Positions 38,540 through 52,170 of a stretch of 64,000 nt of DNA are shown piece after piece. Below the pieces are notes generated by a model. That model did no database searches. It was given only the letters and a program-made list of their open reading frames with translations, and had not been told where the DNA came from. The DNA is from Octopus vulgaris. Lineage: Eukaryota. The DNA is taken from positions 96,534,001 to 96,598,000 of the forward strand of contig OX597823.1 in assembly GCA_951406725.2 (NCBI GenBank). Direction: 5' to 3'. How positions within the stretch are numbered: the stretch's first letter is position 1; the number at the start of each line of letters is the position of its first letter. Both the position numbers and the translations under genes were made by a program.

Positions 38540-41500
38540 TATTATTTATGGGTTTTTCTTATTCTTTCAAATTTGCTTCCATTTCTTGCCGAGTGTCTTC
38601 CCGACTCCTAGGGCAAAGAAACTCATAGTATACATTGGTAGGCCATTAAACTAAACTCACTAGTTCGTTCATTTTTTGTTTGTTTGTTTTTTGTTTTTTT
38701 TTATAGAAATAAAGTTAAATTAAAATACATGGGTAGTAATAGTTCTCACATCGACAATGCTCTTCTCAATACGTGTGATGTACCAGTTAAGACAATCTTT
38801 TGCACTTCTTGCAGGGATGGTAAGCCAGGGATCATTCTCATATAATATTCTGTTCCCTTCTTGATCATTCCTAGTGCTCCTACGATCACTGGTATTGTAA
38901 CCGCCTTGAAATGCCACATTTTCTCAATTTCAATGAGCAGGTCTTTATATTTTCTGAGCTTGTCAAACTCTTTCGCCGAGATATTATGATCAAAGGGGAT
39001 GCTCATGTCGATCAATAAGCAAACTTTATTGTTTTGGTCTTTCACAACAATATCCGGTTTATTGGCTTTGATGGTTCGGTCTGTATGTACTGGAAAGTTC
39101 CACAGAATCGTTACATTTTCTCTTTCAGTTACAGCTTCAGGGTGGTGATTATACCACTTGTCGGCAGTTTTGATATTGTAATGCCGACTTATTAGCCAGT
39201 GTAGATATTGGCCAACTCTGTCATGTTTTAATTTATACTCCACTGGTACTAAGACTTTACATCAAGAGATTAGGTGGTCCACTGTTTCAATCATGTCGTT
39301 GCAGAATCGGCATTTTGGGTCTGCTCCATTTTTCATCACATTGGCCTGGTAGTTCCGAGTTAATAGGCTTTGATCTTGAGCAGCCAGGATGAAACCTTCG
39401 CTCTCTGCTTTTAGCCCTGAGCTCCGTAGCCACTGATGGGTTTGCTTCTGGTCAACATCAGCTTGTTTGCTACGGGCCACATATTTGCCATGCAGAGGTT
39501 TCTCCTCCCACCTATCAGCCAATTGCTCGTGCGCTTTTTTCGTTGCCATTATTTTCACCCTCTATGCAACAATAGTTGCCGTACATCCCTCGGGTTGTTC
39601 AGTTTGGGTATCCTGCACGAGATCAATAGCAAATTTTTTGCTTTCCTTAATGATAGAATGAAGCTTCTTTCGTCTCTCGTGGTTTTCCACGAGCTTTAGC
39701 ATCCATCATCATCATTGTTCGACCGTGGTCGAGACAATAGAATTTACCATGCTACGCCAGACTTCACGGTCCATCATGGCATTACGGAGGTCCTGTTGCT
39801 GTTGCTGTTGCTGTTGCATCCAGTCATTCGTTATTTCAAGATATTTGGCCAGTCCAATTGTGGTTGTTTTGTAAGCTAGTTCAAATTGGATCAGGCCTCG
39901 ACCTCCTTGGGCTCTGGGAAGGTAAAGGCGATCTACGTCTGCCTTTGGGTGGTGCATCCTATTACAACTCAGCAGCTTGCGTATTTTCCTATCTATATTC
40001 TTTACTTCACTTATATTCCAGTTCAACACATTGTAGCTATAAGTAACAACTGGAACTGCTAAGGAATTTATAGCTAACACCTTGTTACGTGCATTTAGTT
40101 CAGATTTCAGGACTGCACGAACTCTCCTATAATATTCCTTCCTGATCTTCTCTTTCATGCTTGCATGCTGAATACCAGAGCCTTCATTTATCCCTAAATA
40201 TTTGTATGTTTGTTCTTGTTCAAGCTCTCTTATGACTGTGTCAACATCTAACACGACTGAATTTGTGGTCTTCACTTTCCCTTTCTGGAAAGTGGCCTTG
40301 GCACACTTCTCAAGCCCAAACTCCATCCCGATGTCATCACTGAATGCTTTCACAGTGCGCAATAGGCCTTCAAGTTCATTATCGTCTTTACCATAAAGTT
40401 TTAAGTCATACATATAAAATAGATGGCTTATTTTTTTATTGACAATTTTATACCCATACCCTGTTCTGTTTAATTCACTTGTAAGGGGTATTAGGGCTAT
40501 GCAGAATATTAGAGGTGAAAGTGAGTCACCTTGAAAAATGCCACAGTTGATGTTTATATTCTCTGAGGCAAGTACTCCATTAGAGTGGTATAATTGGAGA
40601 TTCGTATTCCACAACGACATATTATGCTTCAAGAAGCTTGAAATCACAGGGGAAATTTTGAAGATGTCCAGAAATTTCAAGATCCATGAATGCGGTATAC
40701 TGTCGAAGGCCTTTTTATAGTCAATCCATGCGGAGCTGAGATTTCTGCGCTTGTTGTGACAGTTCTCAAGGATTATACGATTAATTAGCAGTTGATCTTT
40801 GCATCCGTATGAGCCTCGGCGGCACCCTTTTTGTTCAATGGGGAAAATATCGTTCTTCTCCATGAATGCATATGTTTTCTCCGCCAGGATAAATGTTAGG
40901 ATTTTATACGTGGTAGATAAACAGGTTATAGGCCGATAGTTTTTTGGAAGTTTGGTTTCGTTATTCTTTGGGAGTAGGTAAGTAATACCACTTGCTAACC
41001 ATTCAGGTGTTTTCTTTGGGTCTCTCATAATTCCATTGAGCAGCTGAACTAGCTTACCGTGTGCGCATGGGAGCAATGAGAGCCAGAAATTCGGCACCCT
41101 ATCTTTACCGAGGGATTTCCAATTATGGGCCTTCGTGAGTGCTTTTCTTATGTCTGCTATTGTGATGTCTTCCCATGCTTGTAAATTTTGGTAGGATCCT
41201 TCTGTTTGTATAATCCAATCTGCATTTATGTTGTACGTCTTCTCTTCACTCCAAATCCTTTTCCAAAAGTTTTGAACTTCTTCCATGGGAGGGGGGTCTT
41301 TGATGGTTACTTTCTCCTTCCCTATTTCTCTGTAGAATTTCTTGGCATTGAATGTGAACAGCTTATTTTGCTTGTAAAACTTGTTTCTCTTCTCAAATCT
41401 TCGTATTCTTTGAGCTTTTGCTTGGACTTTTTGTTTCAGCGTTTCTTTTATTGATATCAGTTCTCTTGGTGAGGATCCAAATTTTCTCTTCATCTTTCTT

Positions 41501-42540
41501 CCTGTTCTGGATCTTACATCATTTCCACATATTATTTCATTTAATATTGATATTTCCCCTCTCATAAACTCAATCTCTTTTTCAATTTTACTTCTCCAGG
41601 TTTGATTTCTTCCCAGGTTTGGTTTTCTTTGTTTTTTCGGGGGCATACAGCTGGTTTCAATTGCCCTAGCAGAAGCGTAAATAATTTCATTTAACTCAGT
41701 AAAATCAGGTTTTAATTCTCGTATTATTTCATTTGTTACATAGTTGCCAATTTGGATTTGTTTTTTATTTTGGTTTGTATTTGAGAGTTTATGAAGTGGT
41801 TCTCTATCATTCATACTTGTATGTCTTACAACTTCAAACGTATTCAGGATTTTCTGCCTCATTTCTGCCATAGACTCTCTGTGTTCTTCAGCAAATGCGA
41901 GATCTTCAGTTACTGTTGTTTTATCATTTTCCTGACTATCTTTAACAGGTTCAATAGAATTTCTTGTATCTTCAGGCCTTTGTGTGCTTTGGTCAGATGA
42001 CAGTCTTTCAATTAAGCCTCGTGGCGGGCTATTCTGTTCATCTGATTCTTCATTTCCTTTGTGTCATATTTATATCATTTTCCGTTGCGTGCTTGATCGC
42101 GCTTATTTCACTGTCTGTGAGTCTGTTATTTCTAAGGATATCCCTCCTCACATTTGCCAATTTGTTCTCGTCCAAATAGAGTCTACTGTCTTGATTCCGT
42201 GTTCTCCATATACTGTAAGAGTTTGCGGTGTGTCTCTCTTGAGATGGCCTACCTAATGCATAGTAATAAGTGTATATTACTTCTTTATACTCTTCTCGGG
42301 TCCATTTGTTCCGCTTACATTTTTCTTTCTGTGGTGATTGTGGTGGTGAACTTGGAGGGCTCGAGTTGGGGAATTTCCCGTTCAAGTGACCATCCATGTC
42401 CGTATTCGGAGAAGAGTTTGTGCTAGTTGATGACTTTTCGATCTCAGGCTGGCTCTTCCCTGAGGGACGCGCTTCCAGATTGACCATAGGACAAGCGATT
42501 TGGTATACTGATTTAGTTTTCCTTTTAGTTTCCAAAGACG
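38540..42540 (-). mobile_element. Near full-length Dong/R4 non-LTR retrotransposon, inactivated
   Basis: N-terminal KWTREE, RT (YRPITCL, WIDYKKAFDS, IFQGDSLSP, YMYD in place of YMDD), zinc knuckle and RLE (NKPD); (AAT)n tail; several frame breaks. Confidence 0.93.
39706..39815 (-). mobile_element. Short RTE-type 3' tail inserted in the Dong ORF
   Basis: AMMDREVWR followed by a (TGA)n tail; flanked by GCATCCA at 39699-39705 and 39816-39822. Confidence 0.8.
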
Positions 42541-42669
42541 ACTGGTATGGCTAAAGCATTGATCACTTAGATCCTGTTTCTCGCATTCAGCTCTGTCTTG
42601 AGTATTGCTCTTACTCTGCGATAACATTCTCTCCTGATCCTTTCCTTCTTCACTGAATGCCTTATTCCG

Positions 42670-42719
<50 letters not shown>

Positions 42720-42722
<3 letters not shown>

Positions 42723-43197
42723 GAGTGAGAGAGCAGTGCTTGCCATCAAAGTGACAATGGGGTAAAATATACGAAGCCCAATATACCCACCATGACTACC
42801 CGTCTGATAAGGGTACACTAGGCACATGCATCACAACCATATGTGGGCGACATGGTGATCTCATATCAAGATAAACAGCACCTGACCTTGCAGGTGGGGT
42901 CCAGTTAGAAATTTCTTCTGGTCGAGTAGCCCATCCCGCTCACAAGGTCCCTGAATAAGGATTGCTTAAGGATGTTGAAAGAACCACCCATGTTTCCAAA
43001 GGTGAATTATCCAAACCTCTAAGAATTCCTCTCAACACATGGCTATGATGCTCCCCCACTACTTCTGCTCATGATCAGAGATGCACATATCATCAGCCAC
43101 TAATGGACATGCTCAACTGGTTAGGATCAAACAACTGACAAGCAAATCTGTGGAATTGAACAGAATATTTGCTGTAGCCCATCTTTTATACCAAGAT
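42720..43197 (-). mobile_element. Non-coding retroposon ending in (AAT)n
   Basis: Reverse-complement match to 29226-29722. Confidence 0.75.
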
Positions 43198-43238
<41 letters not shown>

Positions 43239-43259
43239 TATCATTATTATTATTATTAT

Positions 43260-45700
43260 TCAGTAGTATATTTTTTATATCATGCTTTCACTTCACTACC
43301 GAGCGCAGCTCTGTGTGCCTTGGGTATGTGCTGTGATTTGTTGTGATTCTCTGATGGTTATTGTATGGAAAGTGTTCTGCGTAGGATATGTGCAGTGCCT
43401 AGTAGTGCAATTTTCTGTATGTTAAATGTGTTTGTAAGTCCTGGTGTTTTTGTTATGTATTTGTCTGAATATTTTTTTATCATGCCTAATGCACCTATTA
43501 TGATAGGAATTGTTTCTGTTTTTAGATTCCACATTCTGGTTACCTCTGTTTCCAGGTCTTTGTATTTTGAAAGTTTCTCCATTTCTTTTAGAGATACGTT
43601 GTCATCTGCCGGTATTGATACATCAATTAGAAAACACTTTTTTTCTTCATGATCTCTGACAACTATATCTGGTCTGTTGGCCTTAATTTCTCTATCTGTG
43701 TGTATAGGCATATCCCAGAGTATGGTTGCTTTCTCGTTTTCTGTGACCTTTTCTGGTGTGTACCTATACCATCTTTTTTCTGTTGTTATTCCATAATGTT
43801 GGCATAGTTTCCAGTGTATATAGGTCCCAACTCTGCCGTGTCTGTGAATATATTCCTTCTTAGCCAGGACTGGGCAGCCAGAGATAATATGATTTATTGT
43901 TTCTTGTCCATCTCCACATATTCTGCAGTTACTTGTTATATTTCTTTTCATTATATGTTTTTGGTAATTTCTGGTGGGGAGGCTTTGGTCTTGTGCTGCA
44001 ATTAAAAATCCCTCTGTCTCTGCTTTGAGTCCCGAGCTTCTCAACCATTGCTGGGATTTTTCTTTGTCTATTTCTTTTGCGTTTAGTTTAGTCCAGTATT
44101 TACCATGAAGGGGCTTTTCTTGCCATCGTTTTATCATGGTTCGTTGCTGTTCTATTTTTAATTTGGATTTCATTTGTTTTATAGCTTTTGTTGTTTCTTC
44201 ATCTTCTTCTTCTTCTTCATATTTGTTAGGTGGTATGATTTCTTGTTTGTATTTGTCAGCTTCCTTAAATACTGAGAACAGTTTTTTGTTTTGCTCGTGT
44301 TTTGCTGCTATCTGGATCAGTTTTCCTTCCTTCTGAAGTAGATATTTTTGCAGTCCTATGGTGGTTATTTTATAGTACTTTTCCAGCTGTATAAGGCCTC
44401 TACCACCTTCTATACGTTGTATATATAGCCTTTTTGTCAGATTTTGGGTGATGCATCCTAGATCCTGTCATTATTTTTCTTGTTTTCCTATCTATTTTGG
44501 TCAGTTCATTTCGTGTCCAGTTAAGGATATTGTAGCTGTAACTTATAACTGGGACAGCTAAAGTGTTGATACCTATTATCTTGTTTTTAGCATTGAGCTC
44601 TGTTTTCAGTATTGATCTAACTCGTCTATAATATTCTTTTTTATTTTCTCTTTCATTTGTGTGTGTTGTGTCTTATCTAGTTCATGGATTCCTAAGTATT
44701 TGTAAGTTTGGCTTTGGTCTAATTCTTTTATTTCATTGGTTTTATCTAGTGTGATGTTGCTTCTTTTAATTAGTTTTCCTCTTTTTAGGGTTACTCTGGC
44801 GCATTTCTCTAATCCAAATTTCATATCTATTTCTTTGGTAAATCCATGAACTGTCTTTAGTAGTGTTTCCAGCTGTTTGTCATTTGTAGCGTATAGTTTT
44901 AGGTCATCCATATATAAAAGGTGGCTGATCGTTTTGCCGTAACATTTATATCCGCATCCAGTTCTGTTTAGCATATCCGATAGAGGTGACAGTGCCAAGC
45001 AGAAAAGGAGTGGAGAGAGCATATCTCACTGGAATATTCCTCTTCTAATGGGGATGGCTTTGGTTTTCACAAGTCCCTCTTTTGTTTGGAGCTGTAACAC
45101 TGTTTGCCATTTATTCATAGAGTGTCCTATGTATTTTATAATTGTTGGTGCAACTTTGTTCATGGCTAGTGTTTCAAGGATCCATGTGTGGGGGATGCTA
45201 TCAAACGCCTTTTTGTAGTCAATCCAGGCCATACTGAGGCCTTTCTTCTTTCTGTGGCTGTCTTCAGTTATGGCTTTATTGATCATTAGTTGATCTTTAC
45301 AGCCATATGAGCCTTTGCGGCATCCTTTCTGCTCTTCTGGGAACAGTCTGTTTTCGTCCAGGTGCTTGTTCAGCCTTTGTGATATCACTGCAGTAAATGC
45401 CTTGAACATAGTAGGGAGCCAAGTTATAGGTCTGTAGTTTTCTGGTTTTGCTGTCTCATTTGATTTGGGAATTAAGATGGTTTTCCCCTTCGTGAGCCAT
45501 TCAGGCATTGTCTCTGGCTCTGCCAGTATATTGTTATAATTTTCAGCCAGCTTTTTGTGCATTCCTGTTAGATATTTCAACCAGAAGTTGGGGATCTTGT
45601 CATGCCCAGGTGCCTTCCAGTTGCTTAGTCTTTGCAGTGCCTGGGTGACCTCTTCAGTTGTTATGGGGGTCCAAAGTTGCTCAGATGCTGAGTTTGTTGT
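43260..45700 (-). mobile_element. 5'-truncated Dong/R4 LINE (second family)
   Basis: RT (LLYMDDLKLY), zinc knuckle and RLE; (AAT)n arrays on both sides. Confidence 0.93.
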
Positions 45701-45711
45701 TTTAATACTCC

Positions 45712-45772
<61 letters not shown>

Positions 45773-46044
45773 TATGTTTGACTTTTGCTTTACATTTGTA
45801 CAAGTTGGCTCTAAGTCTCACCCAGAGACATCAAGAGACAATGAGTTGGAAGTTCATGCTGGTGTTCATGCCTAGGGTGCCATATATTTGGTTTTGTACA
45901 TAGTGTTGTTCTAGAGAATGTTTAAGAAACCATAAGAAAATTATGTTTGCTTTAAAACTTAAGATTACATAGAAAGTATTTTGCCTAGGATATGAGCAGT
46001 TCCCATGAGCGCTATCTTTTGAATTTCTGCCATTTTGGGGTTTC

Positions 46045-46099
<55 letters not shown>

Positions 46100-46102
<3 letters not shown>

Positions 46103-47215
46103 ACTGCTTCCCATATGCTATTCATATATGCACTCCGTCTGCTTAGGAGGTTGTTGTGTCCTAGCATATGTGCTGTTTCTTTTAGTTTTCGTATTTTACA
46201 GTGGTGTACTCTGTCTGTTATTTTAACTTCATCGCACAGGGGGAGGCGGTCTCAGTTTTTTTCATACATAATCAGCTATACCCAATTTATCAATATCTCC
46301 TCATGTCACAGCTTTGCAATGTTCATCTAAACCTATTTTGAGGGGCGGCATGTTTCTCCTTTGTATGACCTACCACAGCTGCATGGGATGGAATACACGC
46401 AGTCATTGGTCATATTCATTTCTGTTGGTGGTTTTACTCGAAGGAGATATTTACGAAGTGTTGTATTACTCTTGAATACTGTCCAGGCATCGTAAGGGCC
46501 GCATATCTTTTGTATCTTTTTGGAGGGGCCTTTCACATAGGGTAGACAGACTGTGGACAGTTTATCGGTTTCATCCTCTCTTTTCTTCATAATTGGAGTG
46601 GAGAGTATGTTTTGGGATGTAGTTGTTGCTGAATAAATTGTTATTGAGCTTGATCATTTCTTCATGATTGCTACTTATATTCTTTGCTCGATGTTTTAGG
46701 CACTGAGCAATCCCTCTCTTTACACTGTATGGATAGTGGGAATTGAAGTTGAGGTATCGTCCAGTGAAGGTCGGCTTACAGTATTCGGATGTCCTGAATC
46801 TATGTTTGATGCGTGTTATTCATACGTCCAGGAATGCTAGCTGATTGTCTTTTTCCTTTTCCATTGTGAACTGTATGGATGGCTTCATTGAGTGCACATA
46901 ATCTAACAGCACTTGGATATCTTCCTGGTAGCGCAAGAGTATAAAGGTGTCATCAACATATCGCAGCCATAGGGTTGGTTTTAGTGGTGTTGATCATAAA
47001 GCCAAATTCTTAAAGTATTCCATGTATATATTGGCTATTACCAGTGATAATGGCAAACCCATAGCTAAACCAGGTTTGACATTTCCCCAAGACACCTGAT
47101 GAAGACTGGAGGGTATATCAGCCGAAATGTTGTTATCAACAAACAAGATGAGGACAAATATCCGTCAAATGTAAATAATGTACATAATTCCTCATCTCTT
47201 AAATATAGAACTATA
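46100..47215 (-). mobile_element. 5'-truncated Penelope-like element with inverted hammerhead-bearing terminal repeat
   Basis: GLAMGLPLS, LRYVDDTF, FLDV and CVYSIPCSCGRSYKGET on minus; plus-strand gacac-CTGATGA (47096-47102)..cagcc-GAAA (47124-47127) at the truncation point. Confidence 0.87.
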
Positions 47216-49139
47216 GAAAGAATTATTATTATTTTAATATAACCAGCATCTGTAGATGCATCTCCTGATGTTTATGTGTGGTGATGCTTGTCACATTATT
47301 GTTTCATTTTTATGACTCACCAGGACCACTTTTCATGGCCTCACTGTCCATTCTGTCTTCATAGATTCCTATGGAGACATGAATCATTTTGTTAACCAGT
47401 CAGTTCCATCCTCTGTTGCCCTTATGAATTAAATGTTGAGTCCTTCAAAGTTCCAAGTTTAGTTAAAAATCCATCTTTTATTTCTGCAGGATTAATAAAA
47501 TGCCAGAAATACTGATTTGGTATAAAGTTTAGAATAAAAACCATTTCCACCTCTTTTAGGAATAGAAGTTAAGAGATTATATATTAAGATCAGAAATGGA
47601 ACACAAGTTTTGGTAGATACATTGAGAGAAGAAATGGATATTTTGCTTTGACTCTGTAATTAGCAGACATGTTAATTATTTCGAGTTATAAATTTCACCT
47701 ATATGCGTTTTTTTTATTTACCTTTTTTAATGTTTTCTATTTTCAGGATGCCTATCATCGGGTTGTGGAACTTTGGTAAAAATCCCAGGATGGTTTCACC
47801 AACAACATTTTTTCCCAGTTTGTGAATACATTTAAGGTACATGACCCTGACCCTCTCTTTTGCATCGACTAAGGATATTTAAAACAGTCATAACTGATTA
47901 AAGAAGTAATTGGAATCAATATATTTTGTGCTATTGATCTAGTTGACCAGTTGTAAAGTGACGTTTAGTTAAAATTCCATTTGGAAAGCTATGTTATTTA
48001 CCTCCCTTTGCTTCTTATAATAAAGGATTCAACGCAGTTACCTCCCTTGATAACTTTTCTAATTACCTGATTGTACTTTATCACTGATACGCAATCTTAT
48101 TTGCCGGTGGCTCCACCCTTAAATTATATAAATCTTGATCCAATACATGACAGATATATAATTTCTTTCTTTTGGAACTTGAAACCGATTGATTTTCGTT
48201 TTATCAGGTTTCAAAACCATATAAGTTAGTATTATAAACTGTTGGTGTTAATTTATTAAAAGGGTTTTTACACAAACACACGTTCCCCCCCTCTCTCTCT
48301 CCTCTTAGAGCCTGACTGTTTAACATTTGTAGAATATTACTTATTCAATATTTTATTCAGTAAGTGCAACTTCTCCGTATTAATTTAACAACTCTTTTTG
48401 TTGCCACATAAAAAGGATTAATGTCAGTGCCACGTAAGAAGCACTGGTGCCATATAAAAGGCACACAGTACATTGTGTAAAGTGGTTGGCGTTAGAAAGG
48501 GCACCCATCTGTAGAAACCATGCCAAAACGGACAATGGAATCTGGTGCAGCTCCTATCAAACTGTCCAACCAATGCCAGCGAGAAAAACGGATGTGAAAT
48601 GATGATGATGATGATGATGATAAACCTCATTGGATTGACCTTATTGACCTTCCCTTCTGTCCATCAAAGATTGATAAAACCAGTGTCAGTCATTTAGTGA
48701 CGTTAATTCCTCTCCAACAAATTAGTTGCCTTGTTTGTAATGTTGATGCAACCAATCAATTTGGAGCTCTATATCGGAATTATCCAAGACCGATTAGGCT
48801 ACCAAGAGTTTGCCAAAGTACTTACCACTAAAGCTTACTTGATTTTAATACAATTTAGTCAAATAAAAAGAGGCAGGCCCATAACCTTTGCAATCTCTTT
48901 GTAACGAAAGTGAATATCTTCTCTGGACCTTTTGGGGATGCGAGAAGCAATCACTTTCCGTTGCTTTAATAATCCAGATTCTACCAGTCAGAAACAACAA
49001 GACGCAGACGTAAAATATATATATCTACTTTATTCTCTTATGACAGTAACAGATAATTGGTATATCTGGGTATCCCTTTGGTATAGATGTGTCAGAGCTG
49101 AACTATATCGCTGTAGAATTTACAGTGTCCAAATGCTAA

Positions 49140-49450
49140 CGACACTGGTCAAAGATGGCGTCCGGAAAGAGGAAGATGATGTTGTCTGCAACAATTTGGT
49201 TAAAGCCTTCGGCCGACTGCTATCAAAAATGGACAGCGAGAAAATATACGTCCGTTGCCCTAGGTCGCTTTGTCTCAAGTCAATGACTGCTGCTGGACGC
49301 TAGTGGTCAACGTCCTACGATCCCCTTGCCTCGGCTAACTGCCACGTAGGCAAAAGGGTCCTACTTCCGGTGCTTCGCGCACGCGCGAAATAGAAATGGA
49401 CGGTGCGCGCGCGCGCACCGTTATATAGGATCATTACATCTTCTAAACTG
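49140..49450. promoter_or_regulatory. CpG-rich promoter-like region
   Basis: YY1-like AAGATGGCG (about 49152), ETS ACTTCCGG (about 49363), E2F-like TTCGCGC and GCGCGAAA, and palindrome ACGGTGCGCGCGCGCGCACCGT, in sequence not repeated elsewhere in the window. Confidence 0.65.
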
Positions 49451-51321
49451 ACGAGAGATTCATCTGGTTGATATTCAGCCTGAACGTCACCATTTGTTGT
49501 AACCTTCGAACAAAGCAGTTTCTAGTTTTGTAAACTAACGAAGCATTCAACAGTTGATTAGTGCTCCTACTTGAATCCCTGTTTTAAGAAATAACTTGAT
49601 GTGAGGTTTTTTTACCTCTTCATGTGTCATTTGAGATTTGTTGAAGAAATATCTTTAGTTTTCTGTTTTTAATTTAATTCTCATTTTTATTTGGTACTAG
49701 CAGAATTTCCCAGCGATGCTCGGGGCTGAATTGCTTGAAAGTACTGTTAATGATTGCACTGAATTATGATGATTATTCAGGCAAATATTGATATAAGTTT
49801 ACGGCGAATGAATGTATTTGTAAGTGTATAGAAAGCCGTGTAAAGGGGTTCCTACCCACTCGTAGAATGATGTAAGAATTGAATGCGAGGTTGCCTTGAA
49901 AAGAGCCATGTTATTGTTCTCATAATTGTAAGAATTTGATAGTTGTGGAAGGCGGTGTAAAACGTTCGCAGGTGAATAGGGTCTCTTCGATTTCTACAAA
50001 TGGCAGCGGATGTGCTGTTACAAAACTTCATGCTGTGTTAAAAGAGAATGGATGCCCTATGTAGGCAAGAGGGGAATGAAGCATGGGTTAGTAAATATGG
50101 GTAATTTATAAGATATAGAACATGCATGTATATATATGTATGTATGCCTGTATATATGTACAAAATCCACTGAGAAGGCTTTTGTTGGTCTGAAGCTACA
50201 GCAGAAGACACATGCCAAGTCACCACACAGTGGGACTGAACCCAGGACCATGTGTTTGGAACGTAGTTTGTTACCACACAGCCACACCTGCCCCTATGTA
50301 TGTGTGTGTGTGTGTGTGTGTGCGTATGTGTGTATGGGTAGATATATTATGCATGTATATATGTGTGTATATATGTGTACATATTACATGTACATCTATA
50401 TATATATACATCTACACATAAAATACAAAATACAAAGTTATATCTTGATATCGCTAGTGATAACAATACTCAAAATATATAACAGACTGGAATTGTAGGC
50501 CCGTCTCTTGCAATTTCGATCAATTGGATCTTGTCCTCCCTCTTGTATGGAAGTGTACGGCTGCAGCGAAATTCATTTTTGGACTTTCTTCTATCGAAGG
50601 CATTTTAACAAAAATGCTTCCGTAAAGACGGTGAAAATATTGTCAATTTCCCAAAACAGGGACACAATTCAATTTTTAAACAATAACCAAAGCCCCTTCT
50701 CCGAAAGGAGGAGGGTTACGGTTTACAATTATTTAACAAATGCCACACAACAACGTTTCCCTGACGAGGAACCAACAAACGTGATTACAATAGTCAAACA
50801 GTAATAATAATAACAAACCTTTTTAATTTATCCCCATTTATGTGAAACCACTTATTCAAGTTCAAGTCATTGATGCAATTATATACGAATTGCTAATACA
50901 CACACATAATAAGGGTGAAAAATCGAATATTAATTTGATTAATATGAATTGAAAACCAGTGATATAGCATATAAGACCATAGCGGATCTTCCTCTAGCAA
51001 AAAGGATAACCAGTATTAATGGCTCATCCCTGTTATATAAATACTTTCACTTTAATTGTTGCACACTTGCAAAGAGAAAGTGTGGTGGTAATGGAAGGAG
51101 TGAAGCACTTGAATAGAGAGAGAGAAATCGTAAAATATTGAGTTTTCTCGAATTTTTGCTTAATTGGGGGTGAAATTGAAAAAACTTTACATGGCATGAC
51201 CTAATGGAATCTACTTCGAAAAATCATAGGTAAATTCCAATTGAAGAAATTCTATATTGTACAATTGTATAAAAAAACGAACGATTGGGGAGGCAGAGAA
51301 AATCTGCCTTTTATCATAAAA

Positions 51322-52169
51322 CTAGCAGAATTGCCCGGCGTTGCTCGGGGCTGAATTGCTTGAAAGTACTGTTAATGATTGCACTGAATTATGATGATTA
51401 TTCAGGCAAATATTGATATAAGTTTACGGTGGGAGATAAGGACTTAACGATCAAACGTGTGCCATTGCATTGTTTTGGGGGAACCAAATTTCTGATGAGC
51501 ATTATAGGGGCACCAACTTTAAGTTTGAGAATGTGTGGTGTTAGTCCGGGGTGCTCAAAGGAATTGAGTACCTCTATTGGATAGTTGATGACGTCCTGTG
51601 GGTCAGGAGTTGTATTGATAGACTGATATACATAGACTTCCCCAGGAATGAGTTTTAGCATTTCATCATTAATATGGTGAACAGTTTTATTCCTCGGGAC
51701 CAGTATAGCCTTTTGGCCAATCCAATCCATATTCTGATAATTAGCTTGTAGATCTTGGAACACTGCATCTCTGAGATCAGAAGGCGTCTTAACAATGGTA
51801 CAAATGGAATCGATGGCAATATTACCATTTTCATCCCCTGGTAATTTGCCTTCGCCAAGTGCAAGGAGGGTGTGAGGAAATGCTGCTGATGTGATGTTAC
51901 GTCGCATATGAGCACGCATATTGGTGTGAAGTTTGAGAGTTACTTCCCTTTATTTAAAAAAAATATGCATTAAAATGGAAGAAAATGATGGTAAATTATT
52001 TGTAAAATCGTAGACTCATCGTAGACGCACGCTAATACCCAGAAGGGCTCGATATGAATCACGACTATAAGATACTCGGTTTTGGTTAAACTGCATCGCA
52101 AAATGTGGGAGTAGTTAGGAATCTAAATCGGAGTAGACAGACACACAACCTTTCTTTTATATATAAAGA
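51322..52169 (-). mobile_element. Helitron unit carrying a PIF1 helicase fragment
   Basis: A|TCTTTATATAT 5' end and CCCGAGCAACGCCGGG..CTAG|T 3' end; encodes L.TNMR, AIL.PRN and LKLKVGAPIMLIRNL...CNGTRL. Confidence 0.9.
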
Positions 52170-52170
52170 T

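Noticed and set aside
47747-47836. Plus-strand 90-nt segment with strong acceptor and a donor
   Set aside because: All three frames contain stops and no partner exons were found.
51398-51919. Host PIF1 helicase gene
   Set aside because: Short intronless fragment bounded by Helitron TC and hairpin-CTAG termini.
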